The notes below the pieces were generated by a model. That model worked only from the letters and a program-made list of their open reading frames with translations, searched no databases and was not told the origin of the DNA. DNA of 48,367 bases, taken from assembly GCA_029858565.1 (NCBI GenBank), contig JAOUEV010000023.1, positions 1 to 48,367 of the forward strand. The letters run 5' to 3'. A program made the translations under genes and the position numbers. The DNA is from Nitrospirota bacterium. Lineage in GTDB: Bacteria; Nitrospirota; UBA9217. Shown piece after piece: positions 33,834-43,139 of this stretch. How positions within the stretch are numbered: position 1 is the stretch's first letter; the number at the start of each line of letters is the position of its first letter.

Positions 33834-36494
33834 ATGAAGATCAACGAATTCACCCGCGAAGAGGTCTTCAACAACCTCGTTACTTCCCCCGCCGGTCTTG
33901 ACAGCGACGAGGCAAAACGGCGTCTGGCCGAGTTCGGGCCGAACGCCATCCGCCGAACGCACCGGCGGCCGCTCGCGCTGCGGTTCCTTGAACAGTTCAC
34001 CCACTTTCTCGCGCTGCTCCTCTGGCTTGCCGCGGGCCTTGCTTTCCTTTCCGAGTACCTGAACCCGGCCGAGGGCATGCTGACCCTCGGTCTCGCCATC
34101 ATCGGGGTCATCGTCATCAACGCGGTCTTCACCTTTGTACAGGAATACCGGGCCGAGAAGGCGCTCGAGGCCCTGAAACGCATGCTCCCCTTCCGCGTCA
34201 CGGCCCTGCGGAACAACAGCGAACTGCAGATACCGGCCGAGGAGGTGGTGCCGGGCGATGTGATCCGGCTGAGCGAAGGAGACAAGGTGCCGGCCGATAT
34301 CCGCCTGATCGAGGCAAGCGGCCTCCGGGTGAACAACTCCGCGCTTACCGGCGAGTCCGAGCCCGTGGGCCGCCGCACGGACCCCGTTCCCGGCGACCCG
34401 ATCAACAGCACCAACATCGCCTTTGCCGGCACCGCTGTCGTGAGCGGCAGCGGCACGGGCGTGGCCTACGCCACGGGAATGCGCTCCGAGTTCGGCAGGA
34501 TCGCCCAGCTCACCGGCTCGGTCTCTCCCGGGCTGTCACCGCTCCAGAAGGAGATCGCCCGGGTCACCCGCGTGGTTGCCGCCATCGCCGTGGTCATGGG
34601 TGTGGTGTTCTTTGCGGGCGGCCACTTCACCGGCAGGCCCTTCTGGCAGAACTTCCTTTTCGCCGTGGGGATCATCGTGGCCAATGTTCCCGAGGGACTG
34701 CTGCCCACGGTCACGCTCGCCCTGGCCATGGGCAGCCAGCGCATGGCGAAGCGGAACGCCCTGATCCGCACGCTCACCGCGGTCGAGACCCTCGGGTCGG
34801 TCACGGTCATCTGCACGGACAAGACCGGCACGCTCACCCAGAACCGCATGGCGGTCGCCAAGCTCTGGGTCGACGAAGAGCTGGTCGAGCCTTCGGCACC
34901 CGTGGGCTCCGAAACGCACCGCCTGCTCTTCACGGCCGCGGGGCTCTGCAACAACGCCCGGTTCGTCGATGGCGAGTACCGGGGCGATCCCACCGAGACC
35001 GCCCTGCTGCGCGCCAGCCGCGAAGCGCTTGGCGGGCTCGATGCGAAGCGTTTTTACGAGGTCCCCTTTGACGCGGAACGAAAGATGATGTCCACGATGA
35101 ACGCGCTGCAGCACGGCACGGTTGTCCTGGCCAAGGGCGCGCTCGAGCGCGTGCTGCCGCTCTGCACTTCCATCATGGACAACGGGCGCAGCGAACCGCT
35201 CTCCGCGGAGCGTCGGGATGACATCACCCACGCCTATCATGTGCTGATGGACATGGGACTGCGAGTGCTGGCCTTTGCATGCCGGCCGGTGACCGGCGAC
35301 GCGGCGGCTGACGCGGCTGCAGAGGATATCGAACACAACCTTGTCTTTCTCGGCCTCATGGGGCTCCAGGACCCGCCGCGGCCCGAGGTGCCTGCGGCAA
35401 TTGCCAAATGCCGGCAGGCCGGGGTCCGCATTGTCATGATCACCGGCGACGCGACCAGGACCGCCGTCGCCATTGCCAGGCAGATCGGCCTGGCAACTGA
35501 GCGTCCCGTGGCTATCGACGGCCAGACCTTCAGCCTGCTGAACGACCGGGAGCTGAAGCAGAAGCTCGGCGAGCGGGAACTGCTCTTCACGCGCATGACG
35601 CCCAAGCACAAGCTGCGCGTGGTCTCCATGCTGAAACAGCAGGGCGAGGTGGTTGCCGTGACCGGGGACGGGGTGAACGACGCGCCGGCGCTGAAACGCG
35701 CCGACATCGGCATCGCCATGGGACTGTCCGGCACGGACGTTGCCAAGGAGGCCGCGGACATGGTCCTGCTGGACGATAACTTCGCCACGATCGTGAACGC
35801 CATGGAAGAGGGGCGCACGGTCTACGAGAACATCAAGAAGTTCATCACCTATATTTTCGCGTCCAACATCCCGGAGATCGTGCCCTATCTCGCCTATATC
35901 ATCTTCCGCATTCCCCTGCCGCTCACGATCATGCAGATCCTGGCGGTGGACCTCGGCACGGACATGCTTCCCGCGCTCGCGCTCGGCTCCGAGCGCCCCA
36001 CGCCCGGCGTGATGCAGCAGCCGCCGAGGAAGCCGACGGACCGCCTGATCACCCTCGGCCTCATGGCGCGGGCCTATCTCTTCCTCGGACCCATCGAGGC
36101 GCTGGCATGCATGTTCGGCTTCTTCTGGGTGCTCCGGGGCGGCGGATGGGACTGGGGAAGGGACATCAGTTCGCTGGACCCGCTCTATCTTCAGGCCACG
36201 ACAGCCTGCCTCACCGCCATCATCGTGACGCAGATCGCGAACGTCTTCGCCTGCCGGTCCCTGCGCGAGTCGATATTCACCATCGGCATCACGAACAACA
36301 GGCTGGTCTTCCTGGGCATCAGCGTCGAGATCCTGCTCCAGCTCTTTATCGTGTACCACCCGGTGGGCAACGCGATCTTCTCCACCGCCCCACTTCCCGC
36401 CGGGACCTGGCTGGTGCTCGCGCCCTTTGCCGTGCTGCTGCTCGCGGCCGAGGAAACGCGGAAGTATCTGCTGCGAAGAACGAGCCCTGCTTGA
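33834..36494 (+). CDS. Cation-transporting P-type ATPase, type II (IIC-like motifs)
   Basis: TGES, VANVPEGL, DKTGTLT, KGA, DPPR, MITGD, TGDGVNDAPAL, SNIPE, VDLGTD. Confidence 0.95.
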   Translation: MKINEFTREEVFNNLVTSPAGLDSDEAKRRLAEFGPNAIRRTHRRPLALRFLEQFTHFLALLLWLAAGLAFLSEYLNPAEGMLTLGLAIIGVIVINAVFTFVQEYRAEKALEALKRMLPFRVTALRNNSELQIPAEEVVPGDVIRLSEGDKVPADIRLIEASGLRVNNSALTGESEPVGRRTDPVPGDPINSTNIAFAGTAVVSGSGTGVAYATGMRSEFGRIAQLTGSVSPGLSPLQKEIARVTRVVAAIAVVMGVVFFAGGHFTGRPFWQNFLFAVGIIVANVPEGLLPTVTLALAMGSQRMAKRNALIRTLTAVETLGSVTVICTDKTGTLTQNRMAVAKLWVDEELVEPSAPVGSETHRLLFTAAGLCNNARFVDGEYRGDPTETALLRASREALGGLDAKRFYEVPFDAERKMMSTMNALQHGTVVLAKGALERVLPLCTSIMDNGRSEPLSAERRDDITHAYHVLMDMGLRVLAFACRPVTGDAAADAAAEDIEHNLVFLGLMGLQDPPRPEVPAAIAKCRQAGVRIVMITGDATRTAVAIARQIGLATERPVAIDGQTFSLLNDRELKQKLGERELLFTRMTPKHKLRVVSMLKQQGEVVAVTGDGVNDAPALKRADIGIAMGLSGTDVAKEAADMVLLDDNFATIVNAMEEGRTVYENIKKFITYIFASNIPEIVPYLAYIIFRIPLPLTIMQILAVDLGTDMLPALALGSERPTPGVMQQPPRKPTDRLITLGLMARAYLFLGPIEALACMFGFFWVLRGGGWDWGRDISSLDPLYLQATTACLTAIIVTQIANVFACRSLRESIFTIGITNNRLVFLGISVEILLQLFIVYHPVGNAIFSTAPLPAGTWLVLAPFAVLLLAAEETRKYLLRRTSPA

Positions 36495-36536
36495 TTCGAT
36501 GCTGAGGTGTGTTATAATCCGGGGAAGGGGGGTACC

Positions 36537-37319
36537 ATGCTGGTCATTGCCGACAACCTGAACGTGCGGAACGCGGTCTGGCGGGAAGCGCTCAAGAAGC
36601 AGGACCGTAAGGCGATCGAGACCCTGGCGCAAGAACTGACGGCTCTGGGCGCGGACATGATCAGCGTCCAGACGTCCTCCGACGGAAGCGGTGACGAGGA
36701 CGCACTCCCCTTTGCCGTGGAAGCGCTCCAGCACGACACCGCGCTGCCTCTCTGCCTGGACTCACGGAACCTCAAGGCGCTCAGGCGCGCGGTCTCCGTG
36801 ACCAAAGAGCCTCCGCTCATCAATTATCTTTCAGCTGACGAGAAGAAAAGCGATGACATCCTGAGGCTCGTGCGGGAATCGAAATCTTCCCTCGTGCTTC
36901 GCGCGTTAAAGGGAACGGTCCCGGTGACGCTCGAGGCACGGCTCCTGATCCTTGAGAACCTGCTGGAACAGGCGAATGCCGCGGACATTCCCAATGAACG
37001 GCTCTATGCCGACCCGTCGGTCGTCCACATCGGCGGCGGTTCGGGCCAGGAGCACCTTCAGCACGCCCACGAGTCCCTGAACGCGCTCCATTCCCTGATC
37101 GATCCGCCGATCAACACAACGGTCTGGGTCTCGAACGTCACCGCGGGCCTTCCTCAGAAGACCAGAAGTCTCGTGGCCTCGTCCTTCCTTACCTACCTTG
37201 CCGGCGCCGGACTTACGGCGGCTTTTCTCGATGTCCGCGACCGGGAGCTGATGAAAGCTGTCTATCTCATCCGGACCTTCCGAGACGAGACCGTGTTCAC
37301 GCCCGCTGATCTGGCGTGA
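36537..37319 (+). CDS. Pterin-binding TIM-barrel protein (AcsE / MetH folate-domain-like)
   Basis: MLVIADNLN, GADMI, LCLDS, LINY, LYADP, VSNV; GGGGG SD. Confidence 0.75.
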   Translation: MLVIADNLNVRNAVWREALKKQDRKAIETLAQELTALGADMISVQTSSDGSGDEDALPFAVEALQHDTALPLCLDSRNLKALRRAVSVTKEPPLINYLSADEKKSDDILRLVRESKSSLVLRALKGTVPVTLEARLLILENLLEQANAADIPNERLYADPSVVHIGGGSGQEHLQHAHESLNALHSLIDPPINTTVWVSNVTAGLPQKTRSLVASSFLTYLAGAGLTAAFLDVRDRELMKAVYLIRTFRDETVFTPADLA

Positions 37320-37355
37320 GGGAATCTGTGGTGTCTTGATACAAATCCAACAGTA

Positions 37356-37384
37356 TTGACAAAAAGATCAAGCTAAGCAATAAT
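37356..37384 (+). promoter_or_regulatory. Putative sigma70 promoter of the R-M operon
   Basis: TTGACA-17nt-AATAAT upstream of vsr. Confidence 0.5.
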
Positions 37385-37459
37385 GCGGTATGCACCAACG
37401 CACTTCTCGATGGACGAATCTCAGGGCAGAGCACCGCTAGTCCGCATCCGGAATTAGCT

Positions 37460-37882
37460 GTGGATACACTATCAAAATCGGAAAGAAGTAAAAGAATGTC
37501 CCTCATCAAAGGTAGGGACACAAAACCTGAGCTTATAGTTCGACGTTTAATATTTAGCTTAGGCTATCGTTACCGATTGCATCGGAGAGATTTACCTGGT
37601 AAACCAGATATAGCATTCCCATCCAAATCCAAAGCAATCTTCATACACGGATGCTTCTGGCATCGTCATCGCCGAGCAAGCTGCAAGTTAGCAAGACTGC
37701 CGAAATCAAAATTGGATTTTTGGCTCCCCAAATTGTCGAGCAACGAACTTCGAGACAAGACCAAACAAACGGCTTTACGCCGTCTCGGCTGGAAAGTACT
37801 GGTCATTTGGGAATGTGAATTGGCCAACGTGAATAAATTAATAAATAAAATAGTCGACTTTCTTAATCAGGAGAAAAAATGA
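37460..37882 (+). CDS. vsr: Very short patch repair endonuclease
   Basis: MSLIKGRDTKPE, LPGKPD, FIHGCFWH, FW..K...N..RD, GWKVLVIWEC; GTG start; ATGA overlap with the MTase. Confidence 0.95.
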   Translation: MDTLSKSERSKRMSLIKGRDTKPELIVRRLIFSLGYRYRLHRRDLPGKPDIAFPSKSKAIFIHGCFWHRHRRASCKLARLPKSKLDFWLPKLSSNELRDKTKQTALRRLGWKVLVIWECELANVNKLINKIVDFLNQEKK

Positions 37883-39093
37883 GATCAGTGGAACTCTTCG
37901 CCGGTGCCGGCGGACTTGGCATGGGTATAAGTCTCGCTGGTTTTGAGCATGCTGCGGTCGTGGAATGGGACAAGTGGTCCTGCGACACGATTCGCGAAAA
38001 TCAAGCAAGAGGCTATCCCCTTGTGTCGGATTGGGCGCTTACGGAAACAGACGTAAGATCTTTTGACTTTTCACGAATTCCAGAGGGAATAGATTTGGTT
38101 GCTGGCGGTCCGCCATGTCAGCCCTTTTCGATGGGAGGAAAACACAAAGCATACTTTGACGATCGAGACATGTTTCCTACAACTATTGATGTTATTCGCA
38201 GATTAAGACCACGCGCATTCATTATTGAAAACGTAAAGGGCCTGACGCGGCCATCATTCGCCAATTATTATCAATATATCCTACTGCAATTGGAATTCCC
38301 CGAAGTCTCGAAACGCAAGAATGAAGATTGGCAGGATCATTATCGACGTTTGCAGTCCGAAAAAACTAGCGGTCGTCTTCATAACGGCGGTCATCTGGCC
38401 TACAACGTCGTCCCCACACTCGTTAACGCCGCAGACTATGGTATTCCCCAAAAACGAGAGCGTGTTTTCATTGTTGGCTTCCGCGATAATCAAGGCATAC
38501 AATGGAGCTTCCCAAGAGAAACGCACGGATTGGACGCGTTACTATTCGATCAGTGGGTAACGGGACACTACTGGGATAGACATGAAATATCAAAACGAAG
38601 GCGCGCTTCCCTCCCATTGGTTTACGAAAAACGTATCAAGCGACTGCGTGAAGTTGACGCTCCCAAGCTACAGCCTTGGCGAACCGTGCGCGATGCCTTA
38701 ATAGGGTTACCCAACCCCGAGAAAATATCTGAAACGGTCTATTTTAATCACCGTTTTCAATCAGGGGCTAAGTCATATCCTGGCCACACAGGCAGCCACC
38801 TGGACCTACCCGCGAAGACACTAAAAGCTGGCGATCATGGCGTGCCCGGCGGCGAAAATATGATGATTAAGGACAATGGCGAGTTCAGATACTTTACCGT
38901 TCGGGAGTCTGCACGCATTCAAACCTTCCCGGATGGATATGTATTCCATGGCACATGGACCGAATCGATGCGCCAACTCGGCAATGCTGTACCCGTTGCC
39001 TTAGCGCAAATCGTTGCGACCAGCGTGGTTGCGAAACTTGTCGAAAGTCAGACAGATATATTCCTCCAGCAATTTACAGGAGCATCCAATTGA
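37879..39093 (+). CDS. DNA (cytosine-5)-methyltransferase of a type II R-M system
   Basis: Motif I FAGAGG, IV GGPPCQPFS, VI ENVKG, VIII QKRERVF, X QLGNAVP; TRD YPGHTGS...PAKTLKAGDHGVPGGEN. Confidence 0.96.
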   Translation: MRSVELFAGAGGLGMGISLAGFEHAAVVEWDKWSCDTIRENQARGYPLVSDWALTETDVRSFDFSRIPEGIDLVAGGPPCQPFSMGGKHKAYFDDRDMFPTTIDVIRRLRPRAFIIENVKGLTRPSFANYYQYILLQLEFPEVSKRKNEDWQDHYRRLQSEKTSGRLHNGGHLAYNVVPTLVNAADYGIPQKRERVFIVGFRDNQGIQWSFPRETHGLDALLFDQWVTGHYWDRHEISKRRRASLPLVYEKRIKRLREVDAPKLQPWRTVRDALIGLPNPEKISETVYFNHRFQSGAKSYPGHTGSHLDLPAKTLKAGDHGVPGGENMMIKDNGEFRYFTVRESARIQTFPDGYVFHGTWTESMRQLGNAVPVALAQIVATSVVAKLVESQTDIFLQQFTGASN

Positions 39094-39743
39094 GCTTGCA
39101 GAAACCATATAATCCCTTAGACAAGAAGAACCTTGGAGTATCTGTCGCGGAAGCGTTGCTGTCAAGGGATATCCTACCACTTAGCTCGCTTAAACCGTTT
39201 AATGGGGCGGGTGTTTATGTTATTTATTATACGGGTAATTTCGAGAGCTATCGCCTGATTTCGAAATTAAACAAACAGGGCAAGTTTCAAGCACCCATTT
39301 ATGTTGGCAAAGCCGTTCCGCCCGGCGCGCGGAAAGGTGGTTTCAACACCAGTGAGATGAAAACCAAGGCGCTGCATAATCGACTTATTGAGCACGCGGA
39401 AAGCATAAAGGTTGCCGATAATTTGAAAATTGAAGATTTTCATTGCCGTTTTTTGGTCGTTGATGATATTTGGATTCCACTAGGTGAATCACTGCTAATT
39501 GCAAAGTTTTCGCCGTTATGGAACAAGCTTATAGACGGCTTTGGAAACCACGATCCCGGCAAAGGAAGATATGAAGGGCTTTGTTCGCGTTGGGATGTCT
39601 TACATCCTGGCAGGAGTTGGGCCACCAAATGTCGCCAGCGTTCCGAGACAATCGTGCAAATAAAAAATGATATAGAAGAGTATTATCGAGCCCACCCGCT
39701 ACTTGCCAAAGGCATATTTCATCTACCTGTCGATGAAGAATAG
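39090..39743 (+). CDS. Eco29kI-family GIY-YIG type II restriction endonuclease
   Basis: YNPLD, GAGVYVIYY, PIYVGKA, RL.EH, WIPLGESLLI, PLWN, DGFGNHDPG, WDVLHPGR; TTG start with AGGAG SD, TTGA overlap with the MTase stop. Confidence 0.92.
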   Translation: MSLQKPYNPLDKKNLGVSVAEALLSRDILPLSSLKPFNGAGVYVIYYTGNFESYRLISKLNKQGKFQAPIYVGKAVPPGARKGGFNTSEMKTKALHNRLIEHAESIKVADNLKIEDFHCRFLVVDDIWIPLGESLLIAKFSPLWNKLIDGFGNHDPGKGRYEGLCSRWDVLHPGRSWATKCRQRSETIVQIKNDIEEYYRAHPLLAKGIFHLPVDEE

Positions 39744-39782
39744 CTGAACTCTTCTCTCCTCAACACGCACATCTTTCCTATC

Positions 39783-40298
39783 TTACCACCTCTCCTTATG
39801 CACCCGGCCGGGATCGAAGCGGTCCGCGTGGTCCGGTAATTTCAGCTCACCAGGATAGCCGATCGGAACGAGCGAAAGGGGAATGATGTGCTCCGGAAGG
39901 TTCAGCAGCTTCCGCATGCCTGCGACCCGGTCTTCCGTGGGATAGATCCCTGTCCAGACAGCTCCGAGGCCTTTGGCCGTTGCCGCGAGCAGCAGGTTCT
40001 CGGTTGCGGCAGAGCAGTCCTGCACCCAGTAACCCTTATGCTTTTCCTTGGTAGGATCTCCGCACACCAGGATCGCCACGGATGCGTGCTTCAGCATGGC
40101 CGAATAGGGATGGAACTTCGGGATCGCGTCGAGCAACTCCCGTTCGGTGATCACGATGAAATGCCAGGGCTGCTCATTGCCCGCCGACGGAGCCGCCATT
40201 GCAGCGCGCAGCAGTTCCGTGACCAGGGATCCGGGGACCGGTTTCGGCGTGTATACTCTGATGCTCCTGCGTGAAAAGATCGCTTCCATGGTATCCAT
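39783..40298 (-). CDS. Nitroreductase family protein
   Basis: RRSIRVY, APSAGNEQPWHF, DCSAATENLLLAA..KGLGAVW, VPIGYP. Confidence 0.93.
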   Translation of the reverse strand: MDTMEAIFSRRSIRVYTPKPVPGSLVTELLRAAMAAPSAGNEQPWHFIVITERELLDAIPKFHPYSAMLKHASVAILVCGDPTKEKHKGYWVQDCSAATENLLLAATAKGLGAVWTGIYPTEDRVAGMRKLLNLPEHIIPLSLVPIGYPGELKLPDHADRFDPGRVHKERW

Positions 40299-40345
40299 GT
40301 CCTCTGCCTCCCTTGCGCTGACCAACAGATCAGGACCAGGATCAT

Positions 40346-40396
40346 TTCGACAGGATTACAGGATAAGGGCTCTGCTGAATCCTGTTGTTCCTGTTC
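40346..40396. repeat. Inverted octamer arrays (ACAGGAT ... ATCCTGT)
   Basis: gacaggattacaggat ... aatcctgttgttcctgtt. Confidence 0.7.
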
Positions 40397-40401
40397 TCCC
40401 G

Positions 40402-41385
40402 TCAAATATCCGTCTTTTTGTTGCCTGCATACCACTCCGTCATCTTGCGAACCGCGGCATCGAGGTCCGTCATCTGCGGCTCCCAGTCCAGCAGGGTCCG
40501 CGCCTTGTTGTTCCCGAAGTATATGTTCCGGCTGAGATAGTCGATGTAATGGCCCATGTCCGGCGCGAATCCGAGGAATCCGGCAAAGAGATCAACGAAC
40601 ACCGCGGGAACCCGGAACAGCAATGCCGGGAGCGGCAGGATCCGTACTGACCTGCCATAGGCACGGCCGATCGCGAACAGGAAGTCCTGCCAGGTGCGGT
40701 CCATGCCGTCGGTGATGTTGAAGGTCTCGTTCTTCACCTCCGCTTTCACCCCGGCGAGATACAATGCCCGGGCAAGATCGGTCACGTGGATGAACGGCGC
40801 GATGCTTCTGCCGCTGTTGAAAAAGGGAATGCCGATGGGACCGGCCTGTTTCACCAGCCTGAGCATCGAACCCAGGTACCGCGACCCCGGACCATAGACG
40901 ATCCCCGGCCGCAGGATCATGTGCTCGACCGGCGACGGTGCGGACCGGATGATCTCCTCCGCTGCCGCCTTGTACGCCGTGTACTGGTCATTGAGCTTGA
41001 ACGCCGGCCCGGTACGTTCGTCTGCCGGCGACGCGGAAGGGATGCCGGCGACGGTCAGGGAGCTCACGAACACGAACCGTCTGACGCCTGCGTTGCCCAG
41101 TCCAGCGACCATTTTCCGCACAAGCTCCGCATTCTGTTTCGCCCGCGCGTTGGTCGTGTTCTTGATCTCACCGATATGGAACACCACGTCCGCTCCGGTC
41201 ATGGCGTCCACCACGGTCTCGGGATGCCGCAGATCTCCCGGGAGCACCTTGACGCATTTGCCCTTCCAACGTCCCGGCATCTCTGCCTTGCGCGACAACA
41301 GCCTGACCTCGTGGCCGTTTTCGACCAGGAGGTCAACAAGATGACTGCCGATGAAACCCGTACCGCCGGTGACCAGGACCTTCAT
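40402..41385 (-). CDS. NAD-dependent epimerase/dehydratase (extended SDR)
   Basis: VLVTGGTGFIG, FVFVSS, YTAYK, RPGIVYGPG, FIHVTDLA. Confidence 0.92.
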   Translation of the reverse strand: MKVLVTGGTGFIGSHLVDLLVENGHEVRLLSRKAEMPGRWKGKCVKVLPGDLRHPETVVDAMTGADVVFHIGEIKNTTNARAKQNAELVRKMVAGLGNAGVRRFVFVSSLTVAGIPSASPADERTGPAFKLNDQYTAYKAAAEEIIRSAPSPVEHMILRPGIVYGPGSRYLGSMLRLVKQAGPIGIPFFNSGRSIAPFIHVTDLARALYLAGVKAEVKNETFNITDGMDRTWQDFLFAIGRAYGRSVRILPLPALLFRVPAVFVDLFAGFLGFAPDMGHYIDYLSRNIYFGNNKARTLLDWEPQMTDLDAAVRKMTEWYAGNKKTDI

Positions 41386-41606
41386 TTTTTCACTCCGCAG
41401 ATGTATGACATGGAAATCCCGGCAAAGATCCTCTTTCAGGATCAATGCGATGTTGGTAAATCAATTATAGCAGGAATGGGGGCAGGAAGGATTCGTCTGA
41501 ACTGTTGAATGCGAATTGAGGCAGCACCGCTTGCCTGTGCGCTTATGTTCTTCCCTGGTCTTGCTTACCGCTGTTTCATCTAGACCTTACCGCTTTACAC
41601 CTTTAT

Positions 41607-42251
41607 TTAGAGCTTTCCCGAAATGCCCGTGCGCTTGATCATGTGAAAATGCATCCACAGGAAAAGGCCGGCGCCGAGCGGCAGCCACAGGACATGGATG
41701 CTGTAGAACCGGAGCAGGGTGCGGCCGGTCACATCAGGCCCGCCCCGCAGAAGGTCCGCCAGGAACTGGCCGATGAGCGGTGCGGACCCGAGCATGTTCG
41801 TGCCGATGACCGTTGCCCAGTAGGCCTTCTGGTCCCAGGGCAGAAGATAACCGGTGAACCCGAAGGAAAGGGTCACCAGGAACAGGAACGATCCCGCGAC
41901 CCAGTGCAGTTCCCGCGGGTTCTTGTAGGACCCGGTGACAAAGACCCGCAGCATGTGCAGCAGGATCGTCACGACCATGAGATTGCCTGCCCAGTGATGC
42001 GCTCCCCGGAGCAGCGCGCCCAGGGGCACCTCGCGGTGCAGCTTCTGGATGCTCTTGTAGGCCTCGGCCTCGGTGGGTGAATAGTGCATGGACAGCAGCA
42101 GGCCGGTCAGGAGCAGGATGACGAAGAGCGTGAAGGTGATCCCGCCGAAGCAGTAGAAATAGTTGATCCACTCAGGCACCGGCTTGTCCAGCACGCGGCG
42201 GTGCCTGTTCGTGAAACCCAGGCGATCGTTGAGATAATCGAGAATTTGCAT
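41607..42251 (-). CDS. petB: Cytochrome b6-type (split cytochrome b, N-terminal) subunit
   Basis: YCFGG, HHWAG...LHMLRVF, GFTGYLLPWDQKAYWA, FYSIH-14aa-HF; 214 aa. Confidence 0.92.
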   Translation of the reverse strand: MQILDYLNDRLGFTNRHRRVLDKPVPEWINYFYCFGGITFTLFVILLLTGLLLSMHYSPTEAEAYKSIQKLHREVPLGALLRGAHHWAGNLMVVTILLHMLRVFVTGSYKNPRELHWVAGSFLFLVTLSFGFTGYLLPWDQKAYWATVIGTNMLGSAPLIGQFLADLLRGGPDVTGRTLLRFYSIHVLWLPLGAGLFLWMHFHMIKRTGISGKL

Positions 42252-42288
42252 GTCAGCCTAAATAAAAATGAACTACGATACGTGCTTT

Positions 42289-42527
42289 CTGACAGGATAT
42301 CAGGATCAACAGGATTATAACAGCTTTTATCCGAGAAACGGCGGTTGGCCACTTGTGAACACAGGTAAATTCAGATAAAGCCGGACGAAACCCCAAGTAT
42401 AGAAATTTACCCTAAGGGTGATTCTCGAACTCAGCGTACGTTATTCAAGATCCGTGTCAATCCGTGAACATCCGTGGCAAATTGCGCGTTCTCGGCTTAT
42501 CCGTCGTTATCCTGCAATCCTGTCAAA
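42289..42527. repeat. Nested repeat element between Rieske and cyt b6
   Basis: Outer arms gacaggat atcaggat caacaggat ... atcctg caatcctgtc; inner atccgtg x3 at ~42450-42477. Confidence 0.75.
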
Positions 42528-42581
42528 ACTCTTTGCTTCTGCTGTGTCCGAACTGAGTAGCTTATTCTGCGATCAGCAATT

Positions 42582-43034
42582 TCAAACCTTCATTCCCACG
42601 AGCACAACCCCGTTCTCCACCTTCACCGGCAATTTCGTGAGCGGCGCCGGCGGCGGGCCCGCGATATTCCTTCCGTTCAGATCGTATTTCCCGCCATGGC
42701 AGGGACAGATGAACTCGCGTTTGTCCTTGTGATAGTTCACCAGGCAGCCCAGATGGCTGCAGACCGCGGAAAAGACCGTCAGCCCTTCCGGTGACGCGAC
42801 GATGAACACCCGCATCTTGCGCTCTTTGCCCCCGATGCGGTAATCCAGCTCGGTCTTCTTAACGCCACGGCGAGGAACCGCCTCCTCGGGAAGCAGGGGG
42901 AAGAACGAGAGCTCTTTCTCCTCCTTCCGGGATGGCGCAAGCGTCCTGAATATCGAGAGAAGAAAGAGGATGCCGAATCCCGCAAGGACGGCATACAAGG
43001 CCTTTTTGATGAACTCTCTGCGGCTGTTCTCCAT
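42582..43034 (-). CDS. petC: Rieske 2Fe-2S subunit of a bc/b6f-type complex
   Basis: Tat signal SRREFIK + TM; CSHLGC and CPCHG; GPPPAPL. Confidence 0.93.
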   Translation of the reverse strand: MENSRREFIKKALYAVLAGFGILFLLSIFRTLAPSRKEEKELSFFPLLPEEAVPRRGVKKTELDYRIGGKERKMRVFIVASPEGLTVFSAVCSHLGCLVNYHKDKREFICPCHGGKYDLNGRNIAGPPPAPLTKLPVKVENGVVLVGMKV

Positions 43035-43077
43035 TGTTCACAATAGTACGCCCGGCGCCATGGCATGTCAATCCAAG

Positions 43078-43112
43078 GAAAAGAAAAGCCGCCGGATATT
43101 TATCCAGCGGCT
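43078..43112 (-). terminator. Rho-independent terminator after ppnP
   Basis: Minus strand AGCCGCTGGATA-AA-TATCCGGCGGCT followed by TTTCTTTT. Confidence 0.75.
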
Positions 43113-43139
43113 CTTGTTAAATGTTCTGCTTCGCCCTTC

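Noticed and set aside
34536-36734. 732-aa minus-strand ORF
   Set aside because: Antisense to the P-type ATPase; no independent coding evidence.
38955-39089. N-terminal extension of the restriction endonuclease given in the ORF track
   Set aside because: It overlaps the MTase; the SD-supported TTG at 39090 fits the family N-terminus (YNPLD) better.
37320-39782. Integrative element or transposon carrying the R-M genes
   Set aside because: No integrase, transposase, tRNA target or flanking direct repeats could be seen; only the compositional shift supports horizontal transfer.
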